Assembly: GCA_002269645.1 (NCBI GenBank)
Contig: NIVC01002255.1
Span: 124,001-188,000, forward strand
From: Macrostomum lignano
Taxonomy: Eukaryota
DNA length: 64,000 nt
Direction of reading: 5' to 3'
Shown here: positions 35,611-49,289 of the stretch, in pieces
Layout: every line of letters begins with the position of its first letter
Position numbering within the stretch: position 1 is the first letter of the stretch
Translations under genes and position numbers: made by a program
Notes under the pieces: generated by a model
Told to the model about the DNA's origin: nothing
Databases searched by the model: none
Seen by the model: the letters and a program-made list of their open reading frames with translations, nothing else

Positions 35611-38600
35611 ATGGCGGAAGGACAGTCTGGCGCATTCGGAACTCAGTTCGCGTACCTGCTGTTTCTAGTACTGCGCCTCAAGTCCTGGAAGTTCCTGCTC
35701 TGGATACTGCTAGGACCCAGTCTGTTCTTCAACTTCTTTCTGTACAGGAACATCGAGGACAAGGAGGAGGGCGGCGTAAAGTCGAACGGCCTTACTGAAC
35801 TGAAAATGTCGGTGGCCATGGCTCACGGAGCTCTAGTGCCTACCAGCAGTCGCGAGAAGAAGTCCCTGATTGAAATAATGCAGCTGAGAAAAGCGAAGAG
35901 CCGGTCTTGGTTTAAAGACTGCAAAGACATCAACGACTGTCGAATCCAACTGGCAAAGGCTGTCTCCGCAAAGAGTAGTGAAAAAACCTCCATTTTTATT
36001 TACGGAAAGAATAAAACGATCCGGCTTTATTGCCTCAAGGACAAAAATGCTGAGATTCTGTGCCCGTTCCTCTATCACGCAATGTCGCAATCGCTTGAGT
36101 CCTACGAATACGCCAGGGCAAAGAGTTCAAAAGCGCAAACCGCTCTGTATAAGGATATAATGTTTGCTAAATTTTTCGACAAGTTTGGATCCTCGAGCGA
36201 CGGTGTCGGTTTAAATATTTCTAAACCAGATTCCATGTGCACTCGAACAAGCAAGTCTGGTACGTTTTTTATCAAATTTATAATGTACTTCATGGGTCAC
36301 ATGATCATCGTGCTGGCATCCTTCATTTTGTACACGACCGTCGGGTCTCTGTCTAGCATGAGCAATCTAAAAGAGAATGGCTTTCTGCAGCTGGTATTCA
36401 ACAATGGCCTGTCCGTAACAGTGTATTGGTTAGTGTACTGGACCATTGGAGCCATCGAGGCGCTGATTCCAGCCACATTGTTAGTCATGTCCTACTCATT
36501 TCAATGCCCCGGCTATTATGAATCGTCCGGATTAACAAACTTCTTCATCACGGTGGCTGCCATGTTCTTTTTTCTGACTGCTCTCGGCTATTTATTTGCG
36601 ACGCTTATTGCATCATTTTTTATCGTACTACTGCTCATGATTGTCATCCAGATCGTCTGCTGTGGAGTGATCATAATGGCCAAACTTTGGATTTTCCAAA
36701 AGAAGCCGCTGAGCACAATTAACACTTTTCTAGCATTTCCTCCTGGTTGCATCGTAGAGTATGGCACAAAATATTTACTACCAAAAGAGGCCCCCTTTCA
36801 CAAGTATTTCAAGCCGTACGGAAGCTTTTTTGACAGCGTTCAAATCAATATGATCGTATTCGCAATTCTTATTATAATAACTACTATATACCTGGACTTC
36901 GTAGTAAAGAATGGGAACGGACTGTGTCTGCCTTTCATGTATCCGTTCAATCCGAGCTTCTGGAATCCTCATCGGCAGAAGCTCATCGAGATGGTTGACG
37001 AGCAGCCCAAGCGGGCCAACGTTGAGCCCACAGTCGGCGTTCCGGCGGTCATTGCCGATGACATTCACCTGACTTATCCGTCCGGCTGCTGCGAAGCAAA
37101 GAAGCCTCCAGTTCTGAAGGGCATCACATGTGAGTGTCCTTGCATGAGTTAGCTGCTGCTTTTCACATCCAACTGGGGGTAAAAGCAACAAAGGACCTTT
37201 GAAACGCATTTGCACTCCAGGCACCGTCTACCAGGGACAGATCACTGCACTGATCGGACACAACGGAGCGGGAAAGACTACGCTTATTCGAGTGCTCATG
37301 GGCGAGGAGATTCCCAGCCGCGGCGTCGCCGTCATCAACGGCCACCGAGTGACGGATCCGTACCAGCGACTCGCGCTCAGAGGCAGCGTCAGCATCTGCA
37401 AACAGGTCGACGTGCTCAGCAACTACCTCACCGTGATGGAGAGCATGAAGCTGACTCTCGTAGCCAAGGGTTTCAGTCCGGATAGCCAAGTTGCAAAGGT
37501 GCTCGACATGATGAAGAGGCTGGGACTCGCCGGCAAGGAGAACGTGCAGGCCATGGACTTGAGCGGAGGTCAAATGCGAAAGGTGTGCAGCATAATTTGC
37601 CTGTTGGGGAACCCGAAGCTCGTGATCCTGGACGAGCCAACGAGCGGTCTGGACCCGGTGTCGAGACGAAATCTGTGGCAGATCCTCCAAGATCACAAGG
37701 CCGGTAGATCCATTATCCTGTGCACGCAGTTCATGGACGAGGCAGACATTCTGGCAGATCGCAAGGTATTTCTGTCGGCTGGAAAGATTATATGTGCCGG
37801 CTCGTCCATGTTTCTCAAGCATGCATTCGGCTGCTGTGTGTCTATCAACGTGACTCTTAAACATGAAAAAGACGCTACCAAGGTTGTAAAAATGCTCAAG
37901 AAAGTAAAGCTAGTTGGTAGTTATCAAACTGAGCTGCAGCTTCAAGTTTCGGCGGGTAAGCCGCAGGCACTCGCCGATGCAATTTACACTTTGGAGCAGC
38001 ACCCGGAACTTGTCGATGCTTTCGGAGTGTCGCAAGCGCAGCTGGACGACATTTTTATGCGTCTAAAATTCATCGACTTGGATAACATCGAGGCGTCGTT
38101 TAAGTCGAAGCAGCTAAGGAAGCTGGGAAGATCGGGAGGCGGCGGCAGCGCTGGAGTCGAGCGAGTGAACTTCAGCTCGCTGTACAATTTCGAAAGTACC
38201 AAACCGCTGAATGCCACTTTTGCGAATCAGTTTTTGGCCCTGATTCGAATGAACTTCAGCCGACAACTCAAAGCAAAAATGACATTTTGCTTTCGAATTA
38301 TATTTCCTCTAATAATGATTGGGATTATTGGCCAAATGTGCTACTTGGAAAACAAGGACAAAGAAAAGAAGCCAGGCAAAGACAAAGACAAAGAGCAAAA
38401 CGCTGCAGAACAACCTTCCGTCGCAATCATTAATATGAACTCGAGCGACATGCGGAACTCCTTGGCTATATCTCGGGGAGTCTGTATCGCGGACAAGGAG
38501 TCTGGTGTGACAAATACGACTCTGACAAGGTTGTGTGGTATGGCATTGAATACGCGGTATCTTGAGGTGGCAATCAAGGATATGAAGACCAGCGTTGGCA

Positions 38601-40853
38601 AGTTCGTTCAGACGCCGGAAGTAAAAAAGAAGTTTCGCAAAATCTGCCCAAAGTCGTCGAAAAATTTTGTTATTAATTGTTTTTTCGTTTATTCTACCGA
38701 CTGGAACAGTCACTCGAATAACTCGAGACGGCTGCTCTACCACGGTGTTTATGAGAACCCAGTCGATGAAGAGGATGAAAGCGCTAGAGAAAAGGGAGTT
38801 TTTGCTGCTATGCAGTATTACGACTTTGCAGCTGAGTACTTTGAGGCTAATGCCAAATCAAAATCCAGAAACTTCACCTTGGCGAGCGTCTATTTAGCTG
38901 AGACAATCGACTCTTTTAAGTTTGAAAAGTGCCAAGAGCTGTTTATGCTGCTGGCCGCTTTCGCGTTGGTGCCAGTAACGTATCTGAATGACCCGATCGA
39001 GGACAAGGACAGCGGCGTTCGTCAGCATCTAGCGTCCATGGGAATGAGCAGTATCGCCTACTGGTTTACCACTTTTGTGATGCACTGGTTGCACTATATA
39101 CTTTGCTTCTTTTCCATGGCCTTGACTTGTCTGATGGTAGAAAAGTATCAAAGTGCCTACTTCCTTGTGTACATGGTGCTGCCACTGACATTCTTGGGTA
39201 CATCGTGTAGTCAACTAACAGTTTACGTTGTCAGCGCAATGATGAAGAAGACGAACGCAATTGTTTTGGTTCTTTACTTTTTCTTTGCCATGTTTTTAGG
39301 CATGGCGGGCAGCTACTTTCAAGACAATGAATCGGTTCTGTATGCCATGATGATAATAATACCGCCCTTCCCGCCGCTGCTTGTGATGCTGATGGGTACA
39401 AAGATGCTGCTCTACACAATACTGCTATTTGAAACATCAAACCCGGCCGACGTGCCTAATATTAGAGACGTATTATTTGCCAACTCGCACGTGGTCTACT
39501 CTTTTATTGTGATGCCCATACACATTGCGATTTTAATTGGCCTCATTTTCATAATTGAAAACCCGGGAGCTCTTGCCAGTTTGTTTGCAAAGAATATCGA
39601 AGCATCAAAACAAACGCCAAAACCGCTGAAAGACGAAGGAGTTGGAATTGAAGCCAACAGGATCAGAAAGACGACGAGGAGCTCGGTGAACATGCTCGAA
39701 GTCCGCGATCTTCAAAAGGTCTATCCGAACGGAGTGCACGCGGTGCGAGGCACCACCTTCGGCTCCTTCTCCGGCGAGATTCTCGGCTTGCTGGGCCCCA
39801 ACGGAGCCGGAAAGACCACCAGCATGTCCATCATTGTCGGCGAGGAGGCCAGCTCGAGCGGCACCAGCGAAGTGCACTTCGGCGGCACTTGGATGTCCGG
39901 GATAGACGGCGCCAGATGCGGCGCTATTGGCTACTGTCCGCAGCACAACCCGCTGTTCAACAGCATCTCTGTGTTCGAGCACCTCCGCTTCTACGCGCAG
40001 ATCCGCGGCATCCCGGACCAGCTGGGCAGCGCGCAGATCGCCGGACTCATCGAAGGTCTCGGACTGAAGCCGCACCAGCACAAGGCGGCCGAGCAGCTGT
40101 CCGGAGGCAACAAGCGGCGCCTCTGTCTGGCCATCGCGCTGCTCGGCAACCCGTCGCTAGTGGTGATCGACGAGGCCTCGACCGGAGTCGATCCGGAGAA
40201 CAAGCGCTTCATCTGGGGCGCCATTCGAGGCATGGCGAACAAGCAACGCTCGGTGATGATCACCACGCACAGCATGGAGGAGGTCGAGGCGCTGTGCGCT
40301 CGCGTCGGCATCATGAACAAGGGCCTGATGATCGGGTTCGGCACCGTGCAGCAGCTGCGCAGCCGGTGAGCACTCGTTATGCTGAAAAATAGTCAGTTTT
40401 GCTGTGAAAACTAACTTGTGTTTTTATTAAGGCATTTAGGAATCGTTTTGGACTAAATTTGCAAAAACTTCACCAACTGAAACGCTCTCCCACAAACTTA
40501 AGAAACACCGTTGAAAATTTTACCTTATAATTATTTTTACCTTCCACAACAGGCACGGAGAGGCGTACACTCTGGACGTTCTGATGAAGTCAAAAAAGCC
40601 GCAAAAGTTGGCACTGAAGCGAAGCAAACTGGCCAAGCGGATTATCAAACAGTTTCCCGAGTCTGTAGTGATGGAGGACCTTGAGCGGAGCATGCAATTC
40701 AGCTTGCTAAAGAAGAGTGTACCAAAGTTCTCGGAGGCAATGCGTTGGCTAATTGCTAAAAAGAAAAAGCTGGGCATACAATATTTCTCGCTGTACCAAA
40801 TGTCGCTTGACCAAGTGTTTGTTAAACTGGTCAAGGAGTACGATGAGTCCTGA
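35611..40853 (+). CDS. ABCA full transporter, copy 3 (body B plus last exon Y); exons 35611-37129, 37221-40365, 40553-40853; 1654 aa
   Basis: Same body as copy 2, a short 187-bp intron 2, and a distinct last exon RHGEAYTLDVLMKSKKPQK...YQMSLDQVFVKLVKEYDES. Confidence 0.92.
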
Positions 40854-42665
40854 TATTCATTTTATTGACTCGTCTTTTACCCCATGGTTGTTCAATTAGA
40901 AGGCCTACTGCACTCATTATCGTATTATATGGTATGCGGTGCATTACACGCGTTTATTTCTGAAAAAATACTGCCGAAAGTACAAATTACAAAAAATAAG
41001 TACGCATATCTTCGCTATAAACAATGCAAGACTTTAAAACTTTTGAGTTTATTTTCAAATGATGTCATTCGACCTAGGGATATGTCAGCATGCGTATTGT
41101 CCAAGGTGCAGTGTCATCTGCAGTTAGTGAATGCTAGCTGAAGAGGTACGTGGCATAATCATTGCAACGTGTCGGTTGGTGAGCTACCCCGTTTTTTAGG
41201 GAGCGTCCCTGTATTGGTTGGCCCACTTAACCTATTTCTTAATTCCACGTCCAAGAGTTGACAAAATTTGAGCTCCTGTTACATGTATTTTCATCGTGGT
41301 TCAATTACCTCTGATTACGAGCGTAGTTTTGGCTGGAAGAGCGAAATTTTTATGGGGGTGGTTCTGACGGATGGTCGAATATATAATGTAACTTACATGG
41401 ATGCTAAAGCAAGGACCACTAGAAACACTACACTAGTAGTCTTTGGCTAAAAGTATACACACTATCTCTATTTTCACCTTGGGCATATTACACAGTACAT
41501 GATGGGTTCGGCCGAATTCTGAATGCATTGACCACGAAGCTTATCGGGCCTCAGAGCATAGAAATCAATCACTTTAAGCAGTGTAATAACCTGGCCTCCT
41601 CTCCTGTCAGATGGTCAGCTCAAAGGTGCAACAACAACAACAAAATACGCTATTAGGGTAGAAGTCAGCGTCGCAGGGCGCGCTTAATTCTGGGATAGGT
41701 CGCGAACGAAGGACGATTGAATCCGGGGCGCCGGCGTCAGCCAGCAGACAATCGATGAAACGCCGAATGCGTGCCTGTTCCCGCTAGTAGGGTGCCTGCA
41801 GCGTCAGCAGCATCTCCTGTACCGGCTGTGGGTAGTACGACTCGGCGCGGATGAAGTAGCCTGCTAGCTAGCGCGCTGGATTCGCCGACGGCGCAACAGT
41901 CAAGGACCACTGTAGTAGTAAGACAGTGTCCTTGGTAATTAACAGTTTGCTTGGGGATACAGTGTCGCATTGGTGACTCACTCATCACCGGTCTTAAAGG
42001 CGGGGCACAACAGGCCGCGTCTACTTGTTGCTCCAGCGAGTCCGTCAGCGTCCAAGTTTCAGTCTGTTACAGCAGGACAGTCTCAACCACAGCCTGGAAC
42101 AAGTGACTTCTGGCGTTCAGACTGCCCTCACAGAAAGAAAGGCAGCCCAGGCAAGCGGAGCGAACCAGACCGCCGAGAGGGATGAACTGCTGAGAACACA
42201 GAAGCTCCGTCGCCTTTCAATCGACGCCTCGGCACAAAATTGCAGCATATCGATGTCGTCCGGAACGCAGAGCACGATCGACGGTCTTCCTGTGTGCATA
42301 TATTGACCACACTAGGGCCGACTCTCGCTGCAATAGCAACCAGGCTTGCCCAGTTGTCGCTGCGTATGGGTGCCTCGACAGACAAGAGGGTAGCCAAGCA
42401 TACTAAGCCGCCTCTCCGGTTGGCGTCAACCTACGCGTTGCCGCAGAAGATAAGCCGTCGTCATCGGTAGATAGAGCAGTCCGCAGTATACCCATGCAGT
42501 CCAGCATTTAAAAAGTGCACCAGGAACGTACAAGCGTATGTCCCTGGAGCTCTTCGTCCACGGTTTTGCAGAAACTGCAGCTTTCGTATCACGGTTACAT
42601 TTTGCCACAACAGAGACAAAAAGCTGCTCGGGCACGTTGGGAGCATGGCCTTGCAGACGACCGAG

Positions 42666-44683
42666 CAGGGACTACTTAAACTAGGGAGGGGAAACTGGCC
42701 AAACCATGCAGAAAATAGTTGGAGGCTGGTTTTTTCTAGCGCTCCCTAGAATTTATTATTAAACTTAGAAATCTGGTTTTTCGTCATCCTGTACAGAATT
42801 TATTCCTCTAAACGACACAAAACTCGATTTTTGTCAATCTTCATTCTGAGAGGAGCAGTGAGCTTTTTTTACAGGACCCCTTTTTTTCTAGGGAGTTTAA
42901 CATAGCAAACGCCTTATTGAATTGTCTACCGGGATTCTGCACAAGCATCATCTTGCTATTCACGTAAGCTTGTAGCTGCTTCTGCTGCGTCGTCTAAAAG
43001 TTACGAAATTAGCCTTAAATAACTTATTAATAATAAAATTTTCCTTGTCATTATACTCTGAAAGTTGCTCTGCAATTACTTTCAATCCGAGCCACGTGAA
43101 TTTGGGGGAGGGCGGTAGAATTATGGAAAAGGAGCAAGGGGAAAGCAGAAGACGATTTACTTTTAACAGAGTCGCAGTCGGTGACTGTACGTACGTATTG
43201 CTAGATATATTTTGTGGACTTAAAAGCATTCAAAATTTCACAAATATGTATGATAAACCTCTACATGGTGTCGCGTGTCAGTCAGTCTCGACTCATGGCA
43301 CATTCAACAGTTGGACAGCCGACTTAGCAAGAGAATTGTTTGGCTTGCAAGTAAACAGGATATGCAGAATATTATGCGATCACATGAGTCAGGTGATGCC
43401 TCTTTGGTCTTGTACGGTAGACCTTGCTGAGGTCAGGTACAATACCCTGCTCACTGATCAGGTGTCCCAGGTACAGCACCTGGCGATGGCAGAACACGCT
43501 CTTTGCCTTGTGCAGTTTGAGACCCGCATCTCGCGGCCGTAAAAAACGCACTCCAGTCTCACCAAGTGCTCGTCGAAGGTCCTGCTTAAGACGATGAAGT
43601 CGTCGATGTAAGTCAGCAGGAGTCCCAGGACAGAACGGACATTACGAGCTTCATCAACCGCTGGAACGTCGCTGGGGCATTGCAAATTCCAAAGCCCATC
43701 TTGCGGAACTGCGTCAGGCCGCGGTTCGAATAGAAGGCTGTCTTAAACCGGTCCTCTTCCGCCACCTCCACCTGGTGGTAGCCCTGCCGACAGTCGATGG
43801 TGGAGAACCAGGAGCACCCGACCAGAGCATTCATGCTTGCTGCATATGCGGTAGCGGGTACGCGTCCTTGACCGTGCAGGCATTCAGCTGCCTCCAGTCC
43901 GTGCATTTTGCCGTTCTTCTTGCGGACCACCAGCAGGTTGCTCGCCCATGGCGACGACGACGGCTCAATGATGCCGCTGTTCAGCATCTGTACGATCTTT
44001 TTATCCACCTGGTCTCGCACAGGGGCAGGCGGCGCTGCTTGGACTTGCCGATTCGGCCGCGTTCCCGCGGTTCCAGTTCGACCTGGTGCTGCAGCAGCTC
44101 CGAATTGTGCCCAGGTCGAACTCGTGCGTTGGCAAACAAGTTTTCGTTGCGCTCTAGCAGCTGCCGCAGCCTCGCTGCATCCGGTCCGGGTAGCTCTGCC
44201 AAATGTTCCACCCGACGGGGGTCTCGAGCTTGGCTTGAAAAAAGTTGGCTTGCTAGAGTTTAATTTTTACCCTTAGCTAAGCTTTTCATTCATATGCATG
44301 GCTCTATCAGTCATCATCAGACAGACTAAAGCCAAGCCTTCGTTGCATGCTCAATTGATACAAAAGTGTTATATAAGTGATGCGTTTAATTATACCATAG
44401 ACAACAAGCCGTCTGACTGCAGATTTTTATAAGGCATTCTCTATATAAAACACTGTAAAAGGGGGCCTACTGTACATGTACAAAAAAGCTCACTGCTTCT
44501 CTCAGAATGAAGATTGACAAAAATCGACTTTTGTATCTTGTGCAAGAGAAAAAAATTCTGTACTGGATGACGAAAAGCCAGCTTTCTACGTTTAGCTAAT
44601 ACTAAATTCTAGGGAGCACTAGAAAAACCAGCCTCCAACTATTTTCCCGTTTCCCGTCCCTATGGTTTAAGTAGTCCCAGCTG
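42666..44683. mobile_element. 2018-bp non-autonomous DNA transposon with 8-bp TSD (hAT-like)
   Basis: TSD cgaccgag at 42658-42665 and 44684-44691. Terminal inverted repeats cag(ctg)ggactacttaaac plus a subterminal block gaaaatagttggaggctggtttttctag. Confidence 0.85.
43535..44215 (-). pseudogene. Ty3/Gypsy reverse transcriptase fragment carried inside the hAT-like element
   Basis: IIEPSSSPWASNLLVVRKKNG, FSTIDCRQGYHQV, KTAF, MGFGICNAPATFQRLM, YIDDFIV; frameshifted; no LTR or integrase seen. Confidence 0.9.
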
Positions 44684-46805
44684 CGACCGAGTAGAAATGC
44701 CTTTTTGAAATCTATTTCGAAGATGCAATCACTGGGGCTAGCGCGTATATGACTGCATGGCGTACCCGCGCCTCCTCGATGACTCGGCGAGAGCTGATGC
44801 ATCACGTACTGTTGCCCGCCGCGATGGCCGATGGGGCTGGATGCCGTTCTGCTCAGGACTCAATTACGGCTCCAGCATCCAGTTGAACAGCTTCGCAGCG
44901 CAGGACTGCAGGGAGATTACCTCGATTGTGTTTCTCTAGCCGTGTTGTGCCCGGCTTCTTTGGAATATAGCGAATATATCGCGTCCATTCGTTGGGGGGA
45001 TATCCTCGTCATATAGACGAGCATGTACTGGTAGTTCATGTAGTAGTAGCTTTTACATGTAAACTATATAGTTCTATTGCTATATAGAATAGATAACAAC
45101 AAGAGCCAAGCAAGGATCAAAATTGAAAGGTAGAGATCTGCATGCCATATCCCGAGATTACAGTAATTGCATTTGACTCACGTACCTGCTGCAAACCTCC
45201 GTGGAAATGCGCACGACCCTTTCAAAATTCAGATTTTCCGATAGTTAGCCCCTTGAACATACACTGTAATTACACTTTTATTACATGTAAATTGGCTGCT
45301 TTGCTGATCTAAAACACAGGGTGGAGCTCGTTTTTTCAATTAAATTTATTTTTTTCATTTCACTAATTGTGTATTTTCACTGTTATTTTCATATGTTGTA
45401 GAAAAATAGAAAGAATTAAAACAATTAAATAAAAGTACCTTTAATAGAAAAATCAGATAATTAGAAAAGTTCGATTCTTTGTTGCACAATTTACATGTTG
45501 TTCATTGTGAAATCGTGCGAGTCTCGCAGCTAGCCTCTGGGGGTCGAAGCTATGCTGTCGGTTGTGGTGTCCAAATAATATTCAGGTCATCGTCGTCAAA
45601 TAATATTATATCAATCATTTTATCGTCTTCTTCAGTTTCATTACACCAATCTTTTCAAGGCAACCAGGCTTTAATACGTATAGTTAAACTATTATTAAAC
45701 AAATTTGTCTCACAAACTTTGAAAAATTGCGTTTAACTATTTGCTGTAGGGTTTTTCAAAAAATTAAAATACTTTATTTCATTTTTGCTCAGCCCACCTA
45801 CTTTTACATTATGAGAAATTGAAACTGTATTGGTTTTTCAAACATTTTACAGTGCTGATCTTAAAATTTTGAGATTTTCACAATTCACCTGTTTTGTACT
45901 TAGTTATAAATCACAGTAAACTGCTACGCATCCCGTCTAACAACAACAAATCATAGTAAACTACGCTTGTCTTACAAGATATGTTCATCTGCTTAGGCCT
46001 AGGGTTGCTCAACATTTCTGCCAGCCAGTCTATCTTATGGAATATGCTTGCTAAAAGTTTGCTAAATCAACATCCAATAGCATCAAACGGTTTCAAACCA
46101 TCAATTGAATGGCAATGGCAATCCAATCGATAAAAGTAGGCTCTAGCAGTATCAGACCTAGGCGAGCTAGGGCCTATCGTATGTCTTTCTGTTTGTTTAT
46201 TCGCAATCATGCTATTTTGTAACAGTAACAGTAGGCCTTAAACTAGACTTTTACATTTCATTCAGAAATCATAAGCTGCAGCTAAATTGCCACTATAATA
46301 TAGGCACCTATATTGTATTGAGCCTAGTTTCTAGGATCTAGTCTTAGCTTCTATTGACAAAAGTTTTCTGTAAGGTATAACAACTAGGTAAACCAAAAAT
46401 ATTTTTTGTTTTATAGTTTCAGCCTAATGATAGGGCCTGGCCTATTATATTATCCTAGATACCAAACTAAATTAAGAACAGTTAGGCCTAGGCTGGGTGC
46501 CAGTTGTTTTGGTATTAGGTCATTTTGGTGACAGATGTCTTGGTAAAAATGGTCATTTTGGAACAAGTTGCTTTTAAATAATTTATATAGTAAATTTATT
46601 ACATAACATAGGCCCTAGGCCTATTTCATTTTGGTTTGGCTTTGATAAAAAGTGGAAGATTCAATGAGTATGAGTTGGTCATTTTAATGACAGGAGACAC
46701 TTTATAATATTATTATTAGTTTGTAATTATTTTTGTTTTATAATTAGGCGCCTATATAGTAATATAGGTCTATCTTAAAGTTCAAAATTCTATCAAAAAT
46801 ATTTT

Positions 46806-47216
46806 GGCAGTTGTTATTTGTCCGGTGACCAGACAAACAGCAATGTAGTTATTTGTCCGGTTACTGGATCCTGACCATGCTTTCCTATTCATCCGGTTAA
46901 TACTGGACAAATAGACATTTTGTTATTTGTCCAGTTAAATTGATAATGCTAAAATATCTAGTTTATAAAAACCACAAGGGTAAATATTCCTAGACTTCAA
47001 AGACTTCTTACTCGTGTCTTGATTATTATATTGTTATACTAGTGTGTGTCTTATACACCAAATTATGCCGAATTGAATACACTGCTTTATATGAGAAAAG
47101 GTCTAAAAAAATCTAGAATATTCATTACAAAACAAATAAGATATTTGTGTTAGCAATTTAACCGGACAAATAGCAAAAAGGCTATTTGTCCAGTCACCAG
47201 ACAAATAACAACTGCC
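46806..47216. mobile_element. Mutator-like MITE, 411 bp
   Basis: TIR ggcagttgttatttgtc / gacaaataacaactgcc; perfect 9-bp TSD aaatatttt at 46797-46805 and 47217-47225. Confidence 0.85.
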
Positions 47217-48004
47217 AAATATTTTTAAGAAAAATCCAAATTAATAATAATATTTTATTTTTATTTGTACAAAGCAGCATGCTAGCAAATTGTTTTAATT
47301 TTTTTCTGGAATATTTAGACTAGCAAAGGATCTTCATCATGAAATTTCAGACTTCTTGAACTTTAGGTACGTAAAATACTTCTGATTTTCCGATTTTTCT
47401 AAAACTTTTGCCAGAGTCTTAGAGGCTATCAAAAATGGTAATAAAGCAAAAAACTTTAAAAAATACATTCAGAGTTAACAGGAGCTCGATTTGTTAATCC
47501 TTTACATAATTAGCAATAATTTGATGCAAGCAATTTTAGAAAATTGTATGTTTAAAAATTAAACTCTTTTTAGAATCATGACTCTTGAACATAAATATTT
47601 TCCACAATTTAAGAAATTCATTTTAATATAACATTTAGAGGGTTAGAATTTTAAGTCTGATAAAAAGAGTGTCTATTCTAATTTTTCTTCACTCAGTTTG
47701 TTATAGTGCAGCAAGAGTGCCATGTCAAATTAGTGTTTAAAAAAATGCTGATTCATGGTTTGCCACCACCCTCACCTCATACTTTTGATTTGCTGTTGTT
47801 CTATCATGGTTGTAACTAGCCATACATTCTTTACATTTTAGATTTTACACTAATCTATGTTGTCTTCTCCATTTTAAAGATAAGTATAGCTGCTGATATC
47901 AATTATATGTAGTTTGATAGGATTATAATTTTTCTCCATGGAGGTGTTTAATAACTTGCTGAATTTTTAATTTAATTAAGCTGCATTACAATCTCCCCTT
48001 GGAT

Positions 48005-48310
48005 GCCCTCAGTCTCCAAATTTATCTACCTAATCTACAATAGACCCCCATGCCTCTATTGAAGTTTAGGTACATAAAATATATTCTCATGAAGATTCTC
48101 CCTATCCTAAAATCCTCTATTCCCCATGCCCTGGTTTTTAATGATTTTCAGCCTCCCCCTCCTTCACCCATGACCCCAAGACTTGCCCTCTCCCCTTAGC
48201 CTCCCAATTTATCTACCTAATCTTCAATAGATCTCCATGCCTCTATTGAAGTTTAGGTACATAAAATCATTCCCCATGAAGATTCTCCCCACCCTAAACC
48301 CTCCCTTTTC
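48005..48310. repeat. Degenerate tandem duplication, period about 190 bp
   Basis: atttatctacctaat...catgcctctattgaagtttaggtacataaaat...catgaagattctccc occurs twice. Confidence 0.7.
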
Positions 48311-48753
48311 CATTCCCCAGTGGTTGGCTTTAAGCAAAAAAAATAAAAAGCAAAAAGTTCAAATTTGAAATCAGCACCATCAAAAACCTATGTAGAGACA
48401 AAATTATGATCATTAAAACTGCAACTATTTTATCTACCTAAAGTTCAAGAAGTCCGAAATTCCTACTATAAAAAAGTATTAGGGTTTTAAAAGGTATAGG
48501 CCTAATAAAGACAAAGCACATACATGCCCAACACCCGTCCAATCCGTCCGAACTGGACGGGTGAAATGGCCGCTAGCCAAGGTAAGTTGCAAAATCGAAA
48601 ATGCAAAACCAAAAAATTGGGGAAAGAAAGAAAGGATAGGAAGAAAAGAAGAAAAGAAAGGAGGGAGAAGAGAAAGAGAGAGAAAAGAGGAGAGAGGAAG
48701 AAAAAGCAAAAAAAAAGAAAAAGGCAAGAGAAAAGTAATATACAATTGAAAAT

Positions 48754-49175
48754 TAAGTCGCAATCGAGAAGAACTAAGTCGCAATCAAGAGGAACTAAGT
48801 TGCAATCAGGAGGAAATAAGTCGCAATCAAGAGGAACTAAGTCGCAATCGAGAGGAACTAAGTTGCAATCAGTCAGGAGAAACTAAGTCGCAATTGAGAG
48901 GAACTAAGTCGCAATCAAGAGGAACTAAGTCGCAATCGAGAGGAACTAAGTCGCAATCGAGAGGAACTAAGTCGCAATCAGGAGGAACTAAGTTGCAATC
49001 AGTCAGGAGGAACTAAGTCGCAATCAGGAGGAACTAAGTCGCAATCAGTCAGGAGGAACTAAGTCGCAATCAGGAAGAACTAAGTCGCAATCAGGAGGAA
49101 CTAAGTCGCAATCACGAGGAACTAAGTCGCAATCAGTCAGGAGGAACTAAGTCGTAATCGGGAGGAACTAAGTTG
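48754..49175. repeat. 21/25-bp minisatellite, about 19 copies
   Basis: Unit gaggaactaagtcgcaatc(aa/ga/ag), with tcag-extended variants. Confidence 0.9.
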
Positions 49176-49289
49176 TCTTGAATTCCATATTCTTAAATGT
49201 CTCCAAATCCTCTGCAAAGCCTTTTAAATACCATATCTTCTTTTGCCCATTTGCAAAAACTGACTTCCATTGTCTAGACTCAGACTCTC

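Larger units (their letters stand above)
24297..40365. repeat. Near-perfect 8.03 kb tandem duplication (24297-32330 and 32331-40365)
   Basis: Intron, satellite variant order, last exon, intergenic DNA and gene body all repeat. The offset is 8034 before and 8035 after the 1-bp indel near 26068. Confidence 0.95.
41628..45020 (-). mobile_element. Degenerate RTE-like non-LTR retrotransposon (RT domain and 3' end), split by the 42666-44683 insertion
   Basis: Frameshifted RT motifs IPKKPG..RG/ISLQSCAAKLFN, EQNG, IDFKKAF, NVPEQL, LQGHTL, RTALSTDDDG, LVAIAARVG, LAWAAF, VETVLL..ETWTLTDSLEQQVDAA. Short (TTG)n tail near 41630-41641. Confidence 0.8.

Noticed and set aside
19543-40853. Bacterial origin of the ABC genes
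   Set aside because: Full-length ABCA architecture with spliceosomal introns and a branch point.
41640-42660. DIRS/Ngaro tyrosine-recombinase retroelement
   Set aside because: After removing the hAT insertion the motifs fit a non-LTR RT better, and no recombinase motif is present.
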